From Candidatus Moraniibacteriota bacterium (lineage in GTDB: Bacteria; Patescibacteriota; Minisyncoccia; Moranbacterales; UBA1568), in NCBI GenBank assembly GCA_013334245.1, contig JAAXXZ010000004.1, positions 127-64,126 of the forward strand: a DNA stretch of 64,000 bases, in the 5' to 3' direction. Below, in pieces: positions 29,643 to 39,101 of this stretch. How positions within the stretch are numbered: the first letter of the stretch is position 1; each line of letters begins with the position of its first letter. A program made the translations under genes and the position numbers. Below the pieces are notes generated by a model that searched no databases, was not told the DNA's origin, and saw only the letters and a list, made by a program, of their open reading frames with translations.

Positions 29643-30830
29643 ATGTTCGGGAAGTCGGCGTCTTCGGACGCCTTCTCCCTTTCGCCCTGTTGTATGGCAA
29701 GGAGGCGGAAGGGAGAACGGCATATGAGGGAACAGGAAATATTCATCAAGAGGGGACTGAACTTTTCCGGTCGTGAGAATCGGTTTGTTCCGCCTGTGGT
29801 CGAAAGCGTTTCCGTATGGCGACGCTTCGTTCCATATGTCGTTTTCATCGCCGCGTTCTCTGTGATATTTTTCGCGGTGAATGCGGACTTTGCGGCTTTC
29901 GAGAATATCGCCGCCCGTTTTCGGGGTGAGACTGTGGCGAAGGAGACGCTCGCTCCGGATTGGCTTGCCAGGTATTCCATCGTCTTGAACGGTCGCATCC
30001 GTAAGGATGACGATGCCGACCATGACGGCCTCGGATTCCTTGAGGAGCAAACTGCCGGAACGAATCCGTACGATGCCGATACCGATCACGACGGTACATC
30101 GGATAAAGACGAGCTGAATCGCGGCACCGATCCTCTTGGGTCGGGCGATCTTGATACGGACAGGGATGGCATGCCGGATCCGTGGGAAATGGCCAATGGG
30201 ACGGATCCCAAGAGGGCTGATGTGGACGTGGACTTGGACGGAGACGGGCTTCCGAATATCGGCGAATACGCGTACGGTACTGATCCGAAGCGTGCCGATA
30301 CCGACGGTGACGGATTCGGTGACGCGCAGGAAATCGGGAACGGATACGATCCGGACGCAGCCGGCGATTTTAAACCGTCCGTCACGGTGCTCGTGGAGCG
30401 GATCGGCGTCGCCGCGCCGATGATCTGGGCCGGTTCCGAAGACCAGAAATCGATGCTTCGCGACCTGGAGAACGGAGTCATCCGTTATCCAGAGTCGGGG
30501 ATTCCCGGCCAATCCGGCAATGTGATTATCGCGGGGCATAGCAGCAACTATGCCTGGGCGAAGGGGGACTACAATTCCGTATTCCGACGTCTGGGGGAAC
30601 TCGGTCCCGGCGATTCGATCGTGCTTCGTATGCGTCAGGCGAACGGGAAGACGTTCGATTACGCGTACAGGCTGACCGAAAAGCGCGTGACCGTGCCTGA
30701 CGACCCGTGGATATTCGAGGACAGCGGCGGGGACGAGGTGACCTTGAGTACCTGTTGGCCGCTCGGTACCGCCTTCAAGCGGCTTATCGTCCGTGGCGAG
30801 CTCGTCTCGGATGGTCCTGCGACCTCCTAA
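29643..30830 (+). CDS. Sortase with an N-terminal acidic thrombospondin-type-3-like calcium-binding repeat region
   Basis: Catalytic TLSTCWP (TLxTC) with upstream His (IIAGHSSN) and downstream Arg; repeated DxDxDGxxD segments N-terminal to the fold. Confidence 0.75.
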   Translation: MFGKSASSDAFSLSPCCMARRRKGERHMREQEIFIKRGLNFSGRENRFVPPVVESVSVWRRFVPYVVFIAAFSVIFFAVNADFAAFENIAARFRGETVAKETLAPDWLARYSIVLNGRIRKDDDADHDGLGFLEEQTAGTNPYDADTDHDGTSDKDELNRGTDPLGSGDLDTDRDGMPDPWEMANGTDPKRADVDVDLDGDGLPNIGEYAYGTDPKRADTDGDGFGDAQEIGNGYDPDAAGDFKPSVTVLVERIGVAAPMIWAGSEDQKSMLRDLENGVIRYPESGIPGQSGNVIIAGHSSNYAWAKGDYNSVFRRLGELGPGDSIVLRMRQANGKTFDYAYRLTEKRVTVPDDPWIFEDSGGDEVTLSTCWPLGTAFKRLIVRGELVSDGPATS

Positions 30831-30931
30831 TGGCCGGGCACCATCCGATGTTTGACGGGGCGTGGAAAATCGGGTATCGTTCAGAGGAATCCGGTTTCGA
30901 GTGAATCGGAGCGGTTCCCTGTCCCACGTAT

Positions 30932-31005
30932 GCCAGGGTAGCTCAGTTGGTTAGAGCACGGGACTCATAAGCCCGGGGTCGAGAGTTCGAATCTCTCCCC
31001 TGGTA
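30932..31005 (+). tRNA. tRNA with CAT anticodon (Met/Ile2), second copy type
   Basis: GCCAGGGTAGCTCAGTTGGTTAGAGC..CTCATAA..GGTTCGAATC; one mismatched pair at the base of the anticodon stem. Confidence 0.7.
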
Positions 31006-31058
31006 CCAAGTCGGCATGGGACGGCTCTCGTTCGGGTTCGGTTCGGACAATATGCGTT

Positions 31059-31132
31059 GGATCGGTAGCTCAGTTGGTTAGAGCGCCGCCCTGTCACGGC
31101 GGAGGTCGCGAGTTCGAGTCTCGTCCGGTCCG
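31059..31132 (+). tRNA. tRNA-Asp (GTC)
   Basis: Anticodon arm CCGCC-CTGTCAC-GGCGG. Confidence 0.85.
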
Positions 31133-31226
31133 CAGAAAAAACAGCCCCTACGCGGGCTGTTTTCGTTTCTGATCGGATCCGGCATGGTATAATCCGGTCG
31201 TAATAACCGGTGCAATACCAGGTCAT

Positions 31227-31610
31227 ATGTCCGATACGCAACTGTTCCAACTGCTCGGGCTCGCGATGTTTCCGATCGGAGTAGGGATGTTGGCGCATCC
31301 CGATGTGCTCAAGAAGATATTCAAGAACCTGGAGCATGATCCCGCGGCCGTCTATCTGAGCGGATTCGTGAGTCTTTTCCTCGGGTACGCGTTGGTCGCG
31401 TTTCATAACACATGGCAGTTCGACCGGTCCCTCATCATTACGCTCGTCGGATGGTCGGCGCTCATCAAAGGACTGTCGCTTCTCCTGTTTCCGACTTCGC
31501 TTTTCGGCGCGACCCGGAAATTCACCGACAGCGATCGATATCGGAAATGCTTTCCCTGGTATCCGATCCTGTTCGGGCTCGTCCTCCTGTATTTCGGATT
31601 CTTCGCATAG
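31227..31610 (+). CDS. Hypothetical membrane protein
   Basis: 4 hydrophobic helices. Confidence 0.4.
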   Translation: MSDTQLFQLLGLAMFPIGVGMLAHPDVLKKIFKNLEHDPAAVYLSGFVSLFLGYALVAFHNTWQFDRSLIITLVGWSALIKGLSLLLFPTSLFGATRKFTDSDRYRKCFPWYPILFGLVLLYFGFFA

Positions 31611-31612
31611 AT

Positions 31613-32155
31613 ATGCCGAACTATTGCTGTACGACCCTTTTCGCCGAACACGTGACGCTGAAGCCCGTCTCTTCCGCGTACGAAACGGAACTGTTCCGGG
31701 AACTGACCGCCGAGGTGGCCAGGTATCTTGTCTTCCAGCCGACGGGCGATATCGATGACACGCGGGATTTCATCGCCCGCTCCCGGATGGAAATGGATCA
31801 GGGTACGGCGATCAAGATGGTCATTCTCGATCGGGTCAGCGGAGCGTTTCTGGGGTATATCAATCTGAGATCCGTCGACACGCGGGAACCGGGCGTCGGC
31901 ATATGGATCGCGAAGCCCCACCAGGGAAAGGGCGTCGGAAAACAGGCACTGCGGGCGATGATGACATGGGCGGACCAGAACCTGTCATATGATTTTCTCC
32001 GATATCCGGTTGCAGCCGAAAATATTCTGAGTCGGCGGCTGGCGGAGTCGCTCGGCGGCGTTGTCGCGGGTACGGGAACGTTTCGGAATACGAACGGCGA
32101 AGAGCTGGAAGAGGTCGAATATCGGATCCCGAAAGGCCCGGTTGATCGACTTTGA
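31613..32155 (+). CDS. GNAT-family N-acetyltransferase (RimJ/RimL-like)
   Basis: Acetyl-CoA-binding motif QGKGVGKQALRAMM; start set at ATG 31613 after the upstream stop. Confidence 0.7.
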   Translation: MPNYCCTTLFAEHVTLKPVSSAYETELFRELTAEVARYLVFQPTGDIDDTRDFIARSRMEMDQGTAIKMVILDRVSGAFLGYINLRSVDTREPGVGIWIAKPHQGKGVGKQALRAMMTWADQNLSYDFLRYPVAAENILSRRLAESLGGVVAGTGTFRNTNGEELEEVEYRIPKGPVDRL

Positions 32156-32235
32156 AGACGACCGGCATATCGCGGAATTTCGTCGATGTCCGACGCTTGA
32201 CGCCGGAATCGCGTTTTTATATACTCTAGGGGAGT

Positions 32236-32547
32236 ATGAAAACGGGAACACGGGCGAAGGAAAAACCGAACAGGAAATCCGGCGCGGAAACGGGCCGGGT
32301 CTTGTTGGATTCCGAATCGCGTGACTGCCTGCTTCGCCGTCTCTCGCGCATCGAGGGGCAGTTCCGGGGCATCCGGAAGATGGTTGGAGAGGGGAGGGAG
32401 TGTCTTGATGTCATACAGCAGATTACCGCGGTTCGTGAGGCGATTTCGATGCTCGGCATCGAGCTTCTCAAGGACGATTTCGTCTGTCATCGTACAGGGA
32501 AAAATATCGACGAGAAGTTTCTGAAAACGCTGTTCAAGATGCGGTAG
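32236..32547 (+). CDS. CsoR/RcnR/FrmR-family metal- or stress-sensing repressor
   Basis: RLSRIEGQFRGIRKMV helix and conserved Cys/His positions (C...H...C pattern). Confidence 0.65.
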   Translation: MKTGTRAKEKPNRKSGAETGRVLLDSESRDCLLRRLSRIEGQFRGIRKMVGEGRECLDVIQQITAVREAISMLGIELLKDDFVCHRTGKNIDEKFLKTLFKMR

Positions 32548-32657
32548 TCGTCGGGTCGGATGACGGTTGTGCGATTGGGGTGTATACTACATGATACGAA
32601 TAATGTAAAAGGGGTTCGTAATTCGGACGGTTCCGAGGGGCGTCTCCTGAAAAAAGT

Positions 32658-32990
32658 ATGAGCCAGGCACTGAGTCTGACGGAGGTGACATTCGAGGCGG
32701 AAGTCTTGAAGAGCGATATTCCGGTCCTCGTTGATTTCTGGGCCCCGTGGTGCGGGCCGTGCCGCATGATGGCACCGGTGCTCGACGAACTTGCCGAGTC
32801 GATGGCAGGCAAAGTTAAGATTGCCAAGCTCGACGTGGACGATCCGGCACATCGTGAGCTCGCCATGAAATATAAGATTCAGAGCATCCCGGCCATGAAA
32901 CTCTTCAAGGGCGGCGAAGTGGTGAAGGAGTTCGTCGGCTTCCGTCCGAAAGACGTCCTGGAAGTCGAGCTCGGTAAGGAGATCCAGTAG
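32658..32990 (+). CDS. trxA: Thioredoxin
   Basis: WAPWCGPC active site. Confidence 0.9.
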   Translation: MSQALSLTEVTFEAEVLKSDIPVLVDFWAPWCGPCRMMAPVLDELAESMAGKVKIAKLDVDDPAHRELAMKYKIQSIPAMKLFKGGEVVKEFVGFRPKDVLEVELGKEIQ

Positions 32991-33011
32991 GCCGTTATCC
33001 CCGATATCGCC

Positions 33012-33941
33012 ATGAATACGGACAAGACATACCCGCTCGCCATCATCGGGGCCGGGCCGGCGGGTCTGTCGGCTTCCATCTACGCTTCCCGCTACGGAGT
33101 CGATCACATCGTGATCGGTCATCTTCCTGGCGGACAGATTTCCGAGACGCACGAGATAGACAATTATCCGGGCGTCGATGCTGCGGGCGGGTTCGAGTTT
33201 GCCGAGTCGCTGGTGGCGCATGCGCGAAAGTACGGTGCCCCCATCGAGAACAGGATGGTGAAAAATATCCGGAAAGAGGATGGCGGGTTCGTCGTGACCC
33301 TCGATGGGGGAGCGTCCGTCCGAAGCCGGATGATCCTTCTGGCGACCGGTACAAAGCGCCGGGTACTCGGGCTGGATCGCGAGGGCGAGTTTCTCGGCCG
33401 CGGCGTTTCCTATTGCGCGACCTGCGACGGATTTTTCTATCGTGATCGGATCGTGACCGTGATCGGAGGAAACAACAGCGCCGCCGGCGCCGCCGCGTAT
33501 CTTTCCGGAATCGCTTCCAAGGTCCATATCGTGTACCGCGGCAAGGAGCTCCGCGCGGAAGAGCATATCCTCAAATCGCTCCGGAACGATCCGAAGGTGA
33601 GGATCATCCTGGAGACGAACGTCGTTTCGCTCGTGGGCGATGACGCGCTTACGGCCGTGAAACTCGACCGACCGTACGAGGGATCGGACACGCTTCCGAC
33701 GGACGGACTGTTCATAGAGATCGGTTCCGATCCGAATGCCGATTTCGCGCGCGACCTCGGGGTCGCGACGGACGAGAACGGATATGTGCATGTCGGATCG
33801 GACATGTCGACCTCGGTTCCCGGCGTTTTTGCCGCCGGTGACATTACCGACGGGTCGGACAAGTTCCGTCAGGTGGTTACCGCCGCCGCGGAAGGCGCTA
33901 TCGCCGCGCGGAGTATTCACGCCGCGCTCGCGAAGGAATAA
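33012..33941 (+). CDS. trxB: Thioredoxin-disulfide reductase
   Basis: FAD GxGxxG (IIGAGPAG), redox CATCDG, NADPH site GGNNSAAGAAAY. Confidence 0.9.
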   Translation: MNTDKTYPLAIIGAGPAGLSASIYASRYGVDHIVIGHLPGGQISETHEIDNYPGVDAAGGFEFAESLVAHARKYGAPIENRMVKNIRKEDGGFVVTLDGGASVRSRMILLATGTKRRVLGLDREGEFLGRGVSYCATCDGFFYRDRIVTVIGGNNSAAGAAAYLSGIASKVHIVYRGKELRAEEHILKSLRNDPKVRIILETNVVSLVGDDALTAVKLDRPYEGSDTLPTDGLFIEIGSDPNADFARDLGVATDENGYVHVGSDMSTSVPGVFAAGDITDGSDKFRQVVTAAAEGAIAARSIHAALAKE

Positions 33942-34116
33942 TATCGGAAACACTTGTGAAGCACGCGCAAAAGGACCGTCATCGGTCCTTTTATTGAACA
34001 CGCATCGTTATCGGCATCATCGCTACGGTGATGTGGCGCACGAATCGTTATGGGTAGTACGTATTTTGAGGCTTTCCTCGAAATGGGCTAAAATGGGGTA
34101 TACCTATTAGACGAAA

Positions 34117-35007
34117 ATGATGAGGAAAGAACGAACCAAGCAGAAGAAAGACCGGCAAAAATCGATTGGCGGCGTAAGGGTCGGTTTGGCGCTTTCGGGT
34201 GGGTCGGCTGTCGGAATCGCCCACGTCGGCGCGGTACGCGCGCTCCGTGAAGCGGATGTCGTCATCGGTTCCGTCGCCGGCACCAGCGCGGGAGCGGTCG
34301 TCGCCGCCTGCGTCGCGTTCGGAATTCCCGAGGAACGGATGATCGAGGCATCGAGGCGGCTCAGCTGGTCGAATATCTCCGACTTCGGATACTCCAAGCT
34401 CGGGTTGAACTCTAATAAACCGGTCGGGAAGTTGATCGAGGAGCTGATCGGTGACGTTTCGATAGAGGATGCCCCGATACCGCTTGCCATTGTCGCGACG
34501 GATATCGACACCGGCGAGAAGGTCGTGTTCCGGAAGGGGAATCTTGCCGAAGCGGTTATGGCGAGTACCTGCATCCCGGGATTCTTCGTGCCGGTCGAGA
34601 TCGGCGGGCGCCGGCTCGTCGACGGCGGGATCGTCGAGAACCTGCCTCTTCCGTCTTTGTCACAGTCGCGTGTCGATGTCCGGATCGGTATCGATCTCGG
34701 GTACTGGCGCACGATCCACACGGCGAAGAATGTCCTCGACGTCGTCACGAACTCCTATGCGATCCTGGTTCGGAACCAGAGTGGCGGCTCTCCTATAGCG
34801 TTCGACGAAGGCATTGTTATCCGGCCCCATCTCGAGGGCTTTACCATATCCGATTTCAAGCGCATGGACGAACTTATCGATATCGGTTTCCGGGCGACGC
34901 GCGCGCGGATTCCCGCCGTGCGCCGACGCATAGTCGCGAAGCGGCTTTCTCCGGTCAGGTTCTTCCGTCGGCTTCGGAAGGTGTTCCGGTTCAAGGGGGG
35001 CGTATGA
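34117..35007 (+). CDS. Patatin-like phospholipase
   Basis: Gly-rich loop GGSAVGIAHVG, nucleophile GTSAG, catalytic DGG. Confidence 0.75.
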   Translation: MMRKERTKQKKDRQKSIGGVRVGLALSGGSAVGIAHVGAVRALREADVVIGSVAGTSAGAVVAACVAFGIPEERMIEASRRLSWSNISDFGYSKLGLNSNKPVGKLIEELIGDVSIEDAPIPLAIVATDIDTGEKVVFRKGNLAEAVMASTCIPGFFVPVEIGGRRLVDGGIVENLPLPSLSQSRVDVRIGIDLGYWRTIHTAKNVLDVVTNSYAILVRNQSGGSPIAFDEGIVIRPHLEGFTISDFKRMDELIDIGFRATRARIPAVRRRIVAKRLSPVRFFRRLRKVFRFKGGV

Positions 35008-36290
35008 TGAAGCGCGTGAAGACCGTCGGTCGCGACGCGTTCTCGTCGCTTCAGGTCCGAAATTTCCGACTCTATTTCATCGGGCAGGGGCTTTCGGTTT
35101 CCGGGACCTTCATGCAGGCCGTCGCTTTGCCGTGGCTGGTTCTCCGTATGACCGGGTCCGGAACGGCACTCGGGGTCGTCTCGGCGCTTCAATTTCTCCC
35201 CATACTCTTGTTCGCTCCGCTCGGCGGCGCGATTGCCGATCGGTTCCCAAAGAGAAATCTGATCATTTTCACGCAGTGCGTTTTCGGTATCCTGGCGTTG
35301 ACGCTTGGCGTTCTCGTGCTGACCGATCTCGTACGTCTCTGGATGGTCTATGGCATCGCGTTCTGTCTCGGACTCTTCGCCGCGCTCGATAGTCCCACCC
35401 GCCATACGTTCATCTCGGAACTCGTCGGCGAGAAAGGACTGAAAAACGCCATCACGCTCAATTCGGGCATCATGAACGCGGCGCGTATCGTCGGTCCGAC
35501 GATCGCGGGCATCCTCATCGCGGAAGTCGGCATCGCGTCGTGTTTCATCCTGAACGGGCTGTCGTATGTCGTCGTCATCGTGATGCTATTCCTCATGCGA
35601 AAGGAAGAGCTTGCCGTTGCCGAGCGGGAGTCCGGGAAATCGCGGTACTTCGACGGGCTCCGATACATATTTTCGAAACCGGATCTTCGGTTGATTTTCA
35701 TCATGGTCGCGGTCATCGGCACCCTTGCCTATGAGTTTCAGGTCAGCCTTCCCTTATTGGCAAAAATCACCTTCGGTGGCGATGCGAGGAGTTATGCGGC
35801 GCTCTCTTCCGCGTTCGGCCTCGGTGCGGTCATCGGAGGCCTGCTTTTTGCCGGAAAAAAACACGTCGACCGTATCGGCCTCGTCCGGCTTGCCGCTCTC
35901 TTAGGGGTCTCCTTATTGTTGGTATCGGTATCTCCGAATCACGCGACGGCCGTCGTCGTGATGGTCGCGGCCGGTATCTTTTCCATCGGTTTCACGTCCG
36001 CCGGCAATACGATGATGCAGCTCGGAAGTACGCCGGGTATGCGGGGACGGGTGATGGCGTTCTGGTCGATGGCGATGATGGGATCGACGGCAATCGGCGG
36101 TCCGATCATCGGATGGATAGGGGAGCATGTCGGACCGCGGTACGGTCTTGGTCTCGGCGGATTGGTGACCGTTCTTGCGGCGTCCTACGGATATCTGACC
36201 ATCCTCCGGCCCCGTCTCGGACGGATGTTCCCGTTTGAACGCGTGCCGGAAGCGGTGACTGACGAACCGGATGATCCGAAACGCGTATGA
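35004..36290 (+). CDS. MFS transporter
   Basis: 12 TM; MFS motif A-like GGAIADRFPKR; ATGA overlap with the patatin stop. Confidence 0.75.
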   Translation: MMKRVKTVGRDAFSSLQVRNFRLYFIGQGLSVSGTFMQAVALPWLVLRMTGSGTALGVVSALQFLPILLFAPLGGAIADRFPKRNLIIFTQCVFGILALTLGVLVLTDLVRLWMVYGIAFCLGLFAALDSPTRHTFISELVGEKGLKNAITLNSGIMNAARIVGPTIAGILIAEVGIASCFILNGLSYVVVIVMLFLMRKEELAVAERESGKSRYFDGLRYIFSKPDLRLIFIMVAVIGTLAYEFQVSLPLLAKITFGGDARSYAALSSAFGLGAVIGGLLFAGKKHVDRIGLVRLAALLGVSLLLVSVSPNHATAVVVMVAAGIFSIGFTSAGNTMMQLGSTPGMRGRVMAFWSMAMMGSTAIGGPIIGWIGEHVGPRYGLGLGGLVTVLAASYGYLTILRPRLGRMFPFERVPEAVTDEPDDPKRV

Positions 36291-37252
36291 ACGGTACCGA
36301 CATCGCGTCGATAGTCGCCTCGTACGGGATCGTTTTCGGGAAACTTCGCGAGGATATCCCGCTCTTTGGCAGTCCCGAGCGGACGGAATATCGTGTAGCA
36401 TTCGAGGACACGGAAGCGAGACCATATATTTTCGAGGAAGTCGCGGAAGCGAGACTCGTAAAAAAAAGAGCCATTGCGCGGACGCTCTCGGCGCTGGCTT
36501 CAGCGGATCCGTCGCTTCCCGCCGTTCCGTATCTGCATCTCTCCGACTCCTCGCATATCCTTGAACGTGATGGGCGATTCTTCCAGGTCGTGCCGTATAT
36601 CGAAGGCGTCGCGCTCGATCGCGAGTGCTATCTTGGGGACGACTGGCGCGGGGTCGTGGCGGCGGAGTTCCTGATAGCCATGCGACGCGCGTCGGCTTCG
36701 CTTCGTCCGGACGAGATGGGTCCGATACCGGGGCTATTTCTTCTTCGAGAATATGTCGCCGAACTCGTCGGGAAAATCAGACGGAACGAACCCGCCCTCC
36801 TTTTGGGAATCGGCCCGGTACTCTCACATCTCGAGTCGGATTTCTTCCCATCGGAGCATTCCGTTCCGACCGCGTTCTGTCACGGGGACTATCACCCGGT
36901 AAACGTCATCTGGAGCGAACACGGCGTGGCGGGCGTAATCGATTGGGAATTCGCCGGGATGAAGGCCGGGCTCTACGACGCGGCGAACATGGTCGGATGC
37001 CTTGGTATGGAGGATCCGGACGCGTTGAAGGGCGGGATGGCGCTTTCATTTCTGCGGATGCTCCGGGAATCGGATGTGTTTTCCGGGGACGATTGGAATG
37101 GGTTTCCCGACCTGCTGCTCGCGACGCGGTTCGCGTGGCTTTCGGAATGGCTCCGGTTCAAGGAACGCGGACTGATCGAGCTTGAGGCGGAATACATGAA
37201 TCTCATCCTTGAAAACCGGGATTTTCTGACGCGTATCTGGAACATCGCGTGA
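36287..37252 (+). CDS. APH-family phosphotransferase (aminoglycoside/homoserine-kinase-II type kinase fold)
   Basis: Catalytic loop FCHGDYHPVNVIW and the IDWEFAG Mg-binding motif; ATGA overlap with the MFS stop. Confidence 0.6.
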   Translation: MNGTDIASIVASYGIVFGKLREDIPLFGSPERTEYRVAFEDTEARPYIFEEVAEARLVKKRAIARTLSALASADPSLPAVPYLHLSDSSHILERDGRFFQVVPYIEGVALDRECYLGDDWRGVVAAEFLIAMRRASASLRPDEMGPIPGLFLLREYVAELVGKIRRNEPALLLGIGPVLSHLESDFFPSEHSVPTAFCHGDYHPVNVIWSEHGVAGVIDWEFAGMKAGLYDAANMVGCLGMEDPDALKGGMALSFLRMLRESDVFSGDDWNGFPDLLLATRFAWLSEWLRFKERGLIELEAEYMNLILENRDFLTRIWNIA

Positions 37253-37342
37253 TATCCGCTCGGTGGACAAGCCTGGCCCGTAAAGGGTATCATTCGATGG
37301 GATACGGTCGATTTCAGGCGTCATATATTTGAGTAAAAACAC

Positions 37343-37720
37343 ATGAGCAAAAGAATAGTCAAAAAAATAGCGAATACGCATATCGGCGGTTTCATGCAGT
37401 TCGTCCGCGAGCAGGGCGTCGTCGGATTGGCGACCGGTTTCCTCCTTGGCGGTGCGGTGTCCAAGGTCGTCACCGCCCTGGTGACGGATATCATCAATCC
37501 GGTGATCAGCATCGTGTTCGGCTCGGCAGAGGGCTTCAAGCTGGCCGCGATACAGGTGGGCGATTCGAAGATCATGTGGGGGGATTTCGTGAGCGTGCTG
37601 ATCGACTTCCTGATCGTCGCGGCAGTCGTCTATTTCGGGTTCAAGGGACTCGGACTCGAGAAGCTGGATAAGAAGAAGGAAAAGCCGGAAGAAAAGCCGA
37701 AAGAAGCGGCGAAGAAGTGA
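37343..37720 (+). CDS. mscL: Large-conductance mechanosensitive channel
   Basis: FREQGVVGLATGFLLGGA..., two TM and a C-terminal charged helix. Confidence 0.85.
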   Translation: MSKRIVKKIANTHIGGFMQFVREQGVVGLATGFLLGGAVSKVVTALVTDIINPVISIVFGSAEGFKLAAIQVGDSKIMWGDFVSVLIDFLIVAAVVYFGFKGLGLEKLDKKKEKPEEKPKEAAKK

Positions 37721-37860
37721 TATTTCCGCGAGACGCGCATATGCCGCTCCGGTCGTTTCCGGAGCGGTTTCCGCTTGATAACCCCCGGAAACGGTGTTAC
37801 CATGGGTCTGTTTCCGAATTGCGGTCGTGGCGGGTCTCAGGACCGTGCTTGTGGGGGGGC

Positions 37861-37912
37861 ATGGATGTGGTTGGTTGTTGTCAGTTGTTCGTTGTCGGTT
37901 GTAAGTTCAGAC
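37861..37912. repeat. GTTGTCAGTT / GTTGTAAGTT repeat-unit block upstream of the tRNA-Ser fragment
   Basis: GGTTGGTTGTTGTCAGTTGTTCGTTGTCGGTTGTAAGTT. Confidence 0.45.
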
Positions 37913-37916
37913 AAAG

Positions 37917-37980
37917 GAGAGATGGCCGAGCGGCTGCCAGCTAGATGCCGGCCACCCTTTGGGTGAAAGGTGGCTCGCTA
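37917..37980 (+). other. Truncated duplicate of the tRNA-Ser 5' end (21 nt identical to the start of the downstream tRNA-Ser, then diverges; no matching 3' acceptor strand)
   Basis: GGAGAGATGGCCGAGCGGCTG at 37917 and at 38044; no TCTCTCC acceptor complement follows the first copy. Confidence 0.45.
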
Positions 37981-37984
37981 TTAA

Positions 37985-38040
37985 CGAATAGTTGTTCGTC
38001 GTTCGTCGTTCGTGGTAAGTTGTCAGTTATTAGTTAAATA
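37985..38040. repeat. Third GTTGTxAGTT-unit repeat block
   Basis: AGTTGTTCGTCGTTCGTCGTTCGTGGTAAGTTGTCAGTTATTAGTTAA. Confidence 0.45.
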
Positions 38041-38043
38041 TTC

Positions 38044-38130
38044 GGAGAGATGGCCGAGCGGCTGAAGGCACCACACTGCTAACGTGGCATGGGGTAACAC
38101 CCATCGAGGGTTCGAATCCCTCTCTCTCCG
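38044..38130 (+). tRNA. tRNA-Ser (GCT), class II with a long variable arm
   Basis: GGAGAGA acceptor, anticodon loop CTGCTAA, long variable arm, T-loop GGTTCGAATCC. Confidence 0.85.
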
Positions 38131-38365
38131 CACAGAGGGACAAGCGACTCCGAGAGGGTCGCTTTTCCTTTTCCTTGCGGCGCTTTCGGCGGTTCGAAGG
38201 TGCCGTTTCCGGCACGGAGGGATGTTGCGTCTTTTGCGGGACTGTTTTTTCTTGCGTTACGGTATCGGCAGGAATCGTCTATTCTTATGGCATGATAACT
38301 GCTAAAATGAAATCAAAGGAAAACAAGAGCATTCGGAATACGTTATAGTACCTGAAAGGAAACAT

Positions 38366-39079
38366 ATGAAAACGATTATGCAAAACCGATCCTTTTTGTC
38401 CGGAATCCGTTTCGTGGCTTTCGCGTCCGCCGTTTTGGCGTTCACGCCGACGCCGTTTTCCAGTCACGCATCCGCAGCAACCACATGCTCTCCAACGGTT
38501 ACGGTTACGGATACCGGGAAAACGTCCGTCAAACTCAAGGTCGCCTGTAGCAATCTCGTCAGTACGAAAGTAAGCGTGCGGTTATTGGCTACCAATGAGG
38601 AAACCGACAAGGATTCAAAAAAAACGGTTACGGCGAAGCTTGGAAAAAAAGGGACGGTTACCATTAAGCTCTCGGGACTTGATTCGGCCACGGGCTATTC
38701 CTTCAAGGCGAAAGTGAAAAAGAACGGAGGTGCGTACGGGGCCTATTCCGATGTGGTCGAGGCGACGACCGAAGGGGCTGATTACGATGTATCGATCGAC
38801 AAGATTAGTAGCATTACCGAGAGCTCTGCGAAACTCCGCATCACGTGCGAGGATCTCGAAGATGAGGATGTGACGTTGATGGTCGCATACAAGAAAAAGA
38901 CGTCCTGGTCGACGAAGACGTATACGCTGACTTTGGACGGCGACGGCGAAGGGGTGGTCACGGTCGACGGACTCAAGTCGGATACGACATACAGCTTCAA
39001 GACGCGAATTAAGAAGGACGACGATTCGATATATTCCCAGTATTCGGAAGAGAAGTCAGCGACGACCGACGAAGATTGA
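38366..39079 (+). CDS. Secreted protein with fibronectin-type-III-like repeats
   Basis: Signal peptide; two repeated about 100-aa beta-sandwich-like modules (TV..T..SVKLKV.C / SAKLRITCEDL); GC about 50%. Confidence 0.5.
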   Translation: MKTIMQNRSFLSGIRFVAFASAVLAFTPTPFSSHASAATTCSPTVTVTDTGKTSVKLKVACSNLVSTKVSVRLLATNEETDKDSKKTVTAKLGKKGTVTIKLSGLDSATGYSFKAKVKKNGGAYGAYSDVVEATTEGADYDVSIDKISSITESSAKLRITCEDLEDEDVTLMVAYKKKTSWSTKTYTLTLDGDGEGVVTVDGLKSDTTYSFKTRIKKDDDSIYSQYSEEKSATTDED

Positions 39080-39101
39080 GGTACTCATTAAACAAACGCA
39101 T

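Noticed and set aside
37917-37980. A second complete tRNA-Ser or tRNA-Sec
   Set aside because: No 3' acceptor strand (TCTCTCC or ATCTCTCC) anywhere downstream before the real tRNA-Ser; sequence after the D-arm does not form anticodon or T arms
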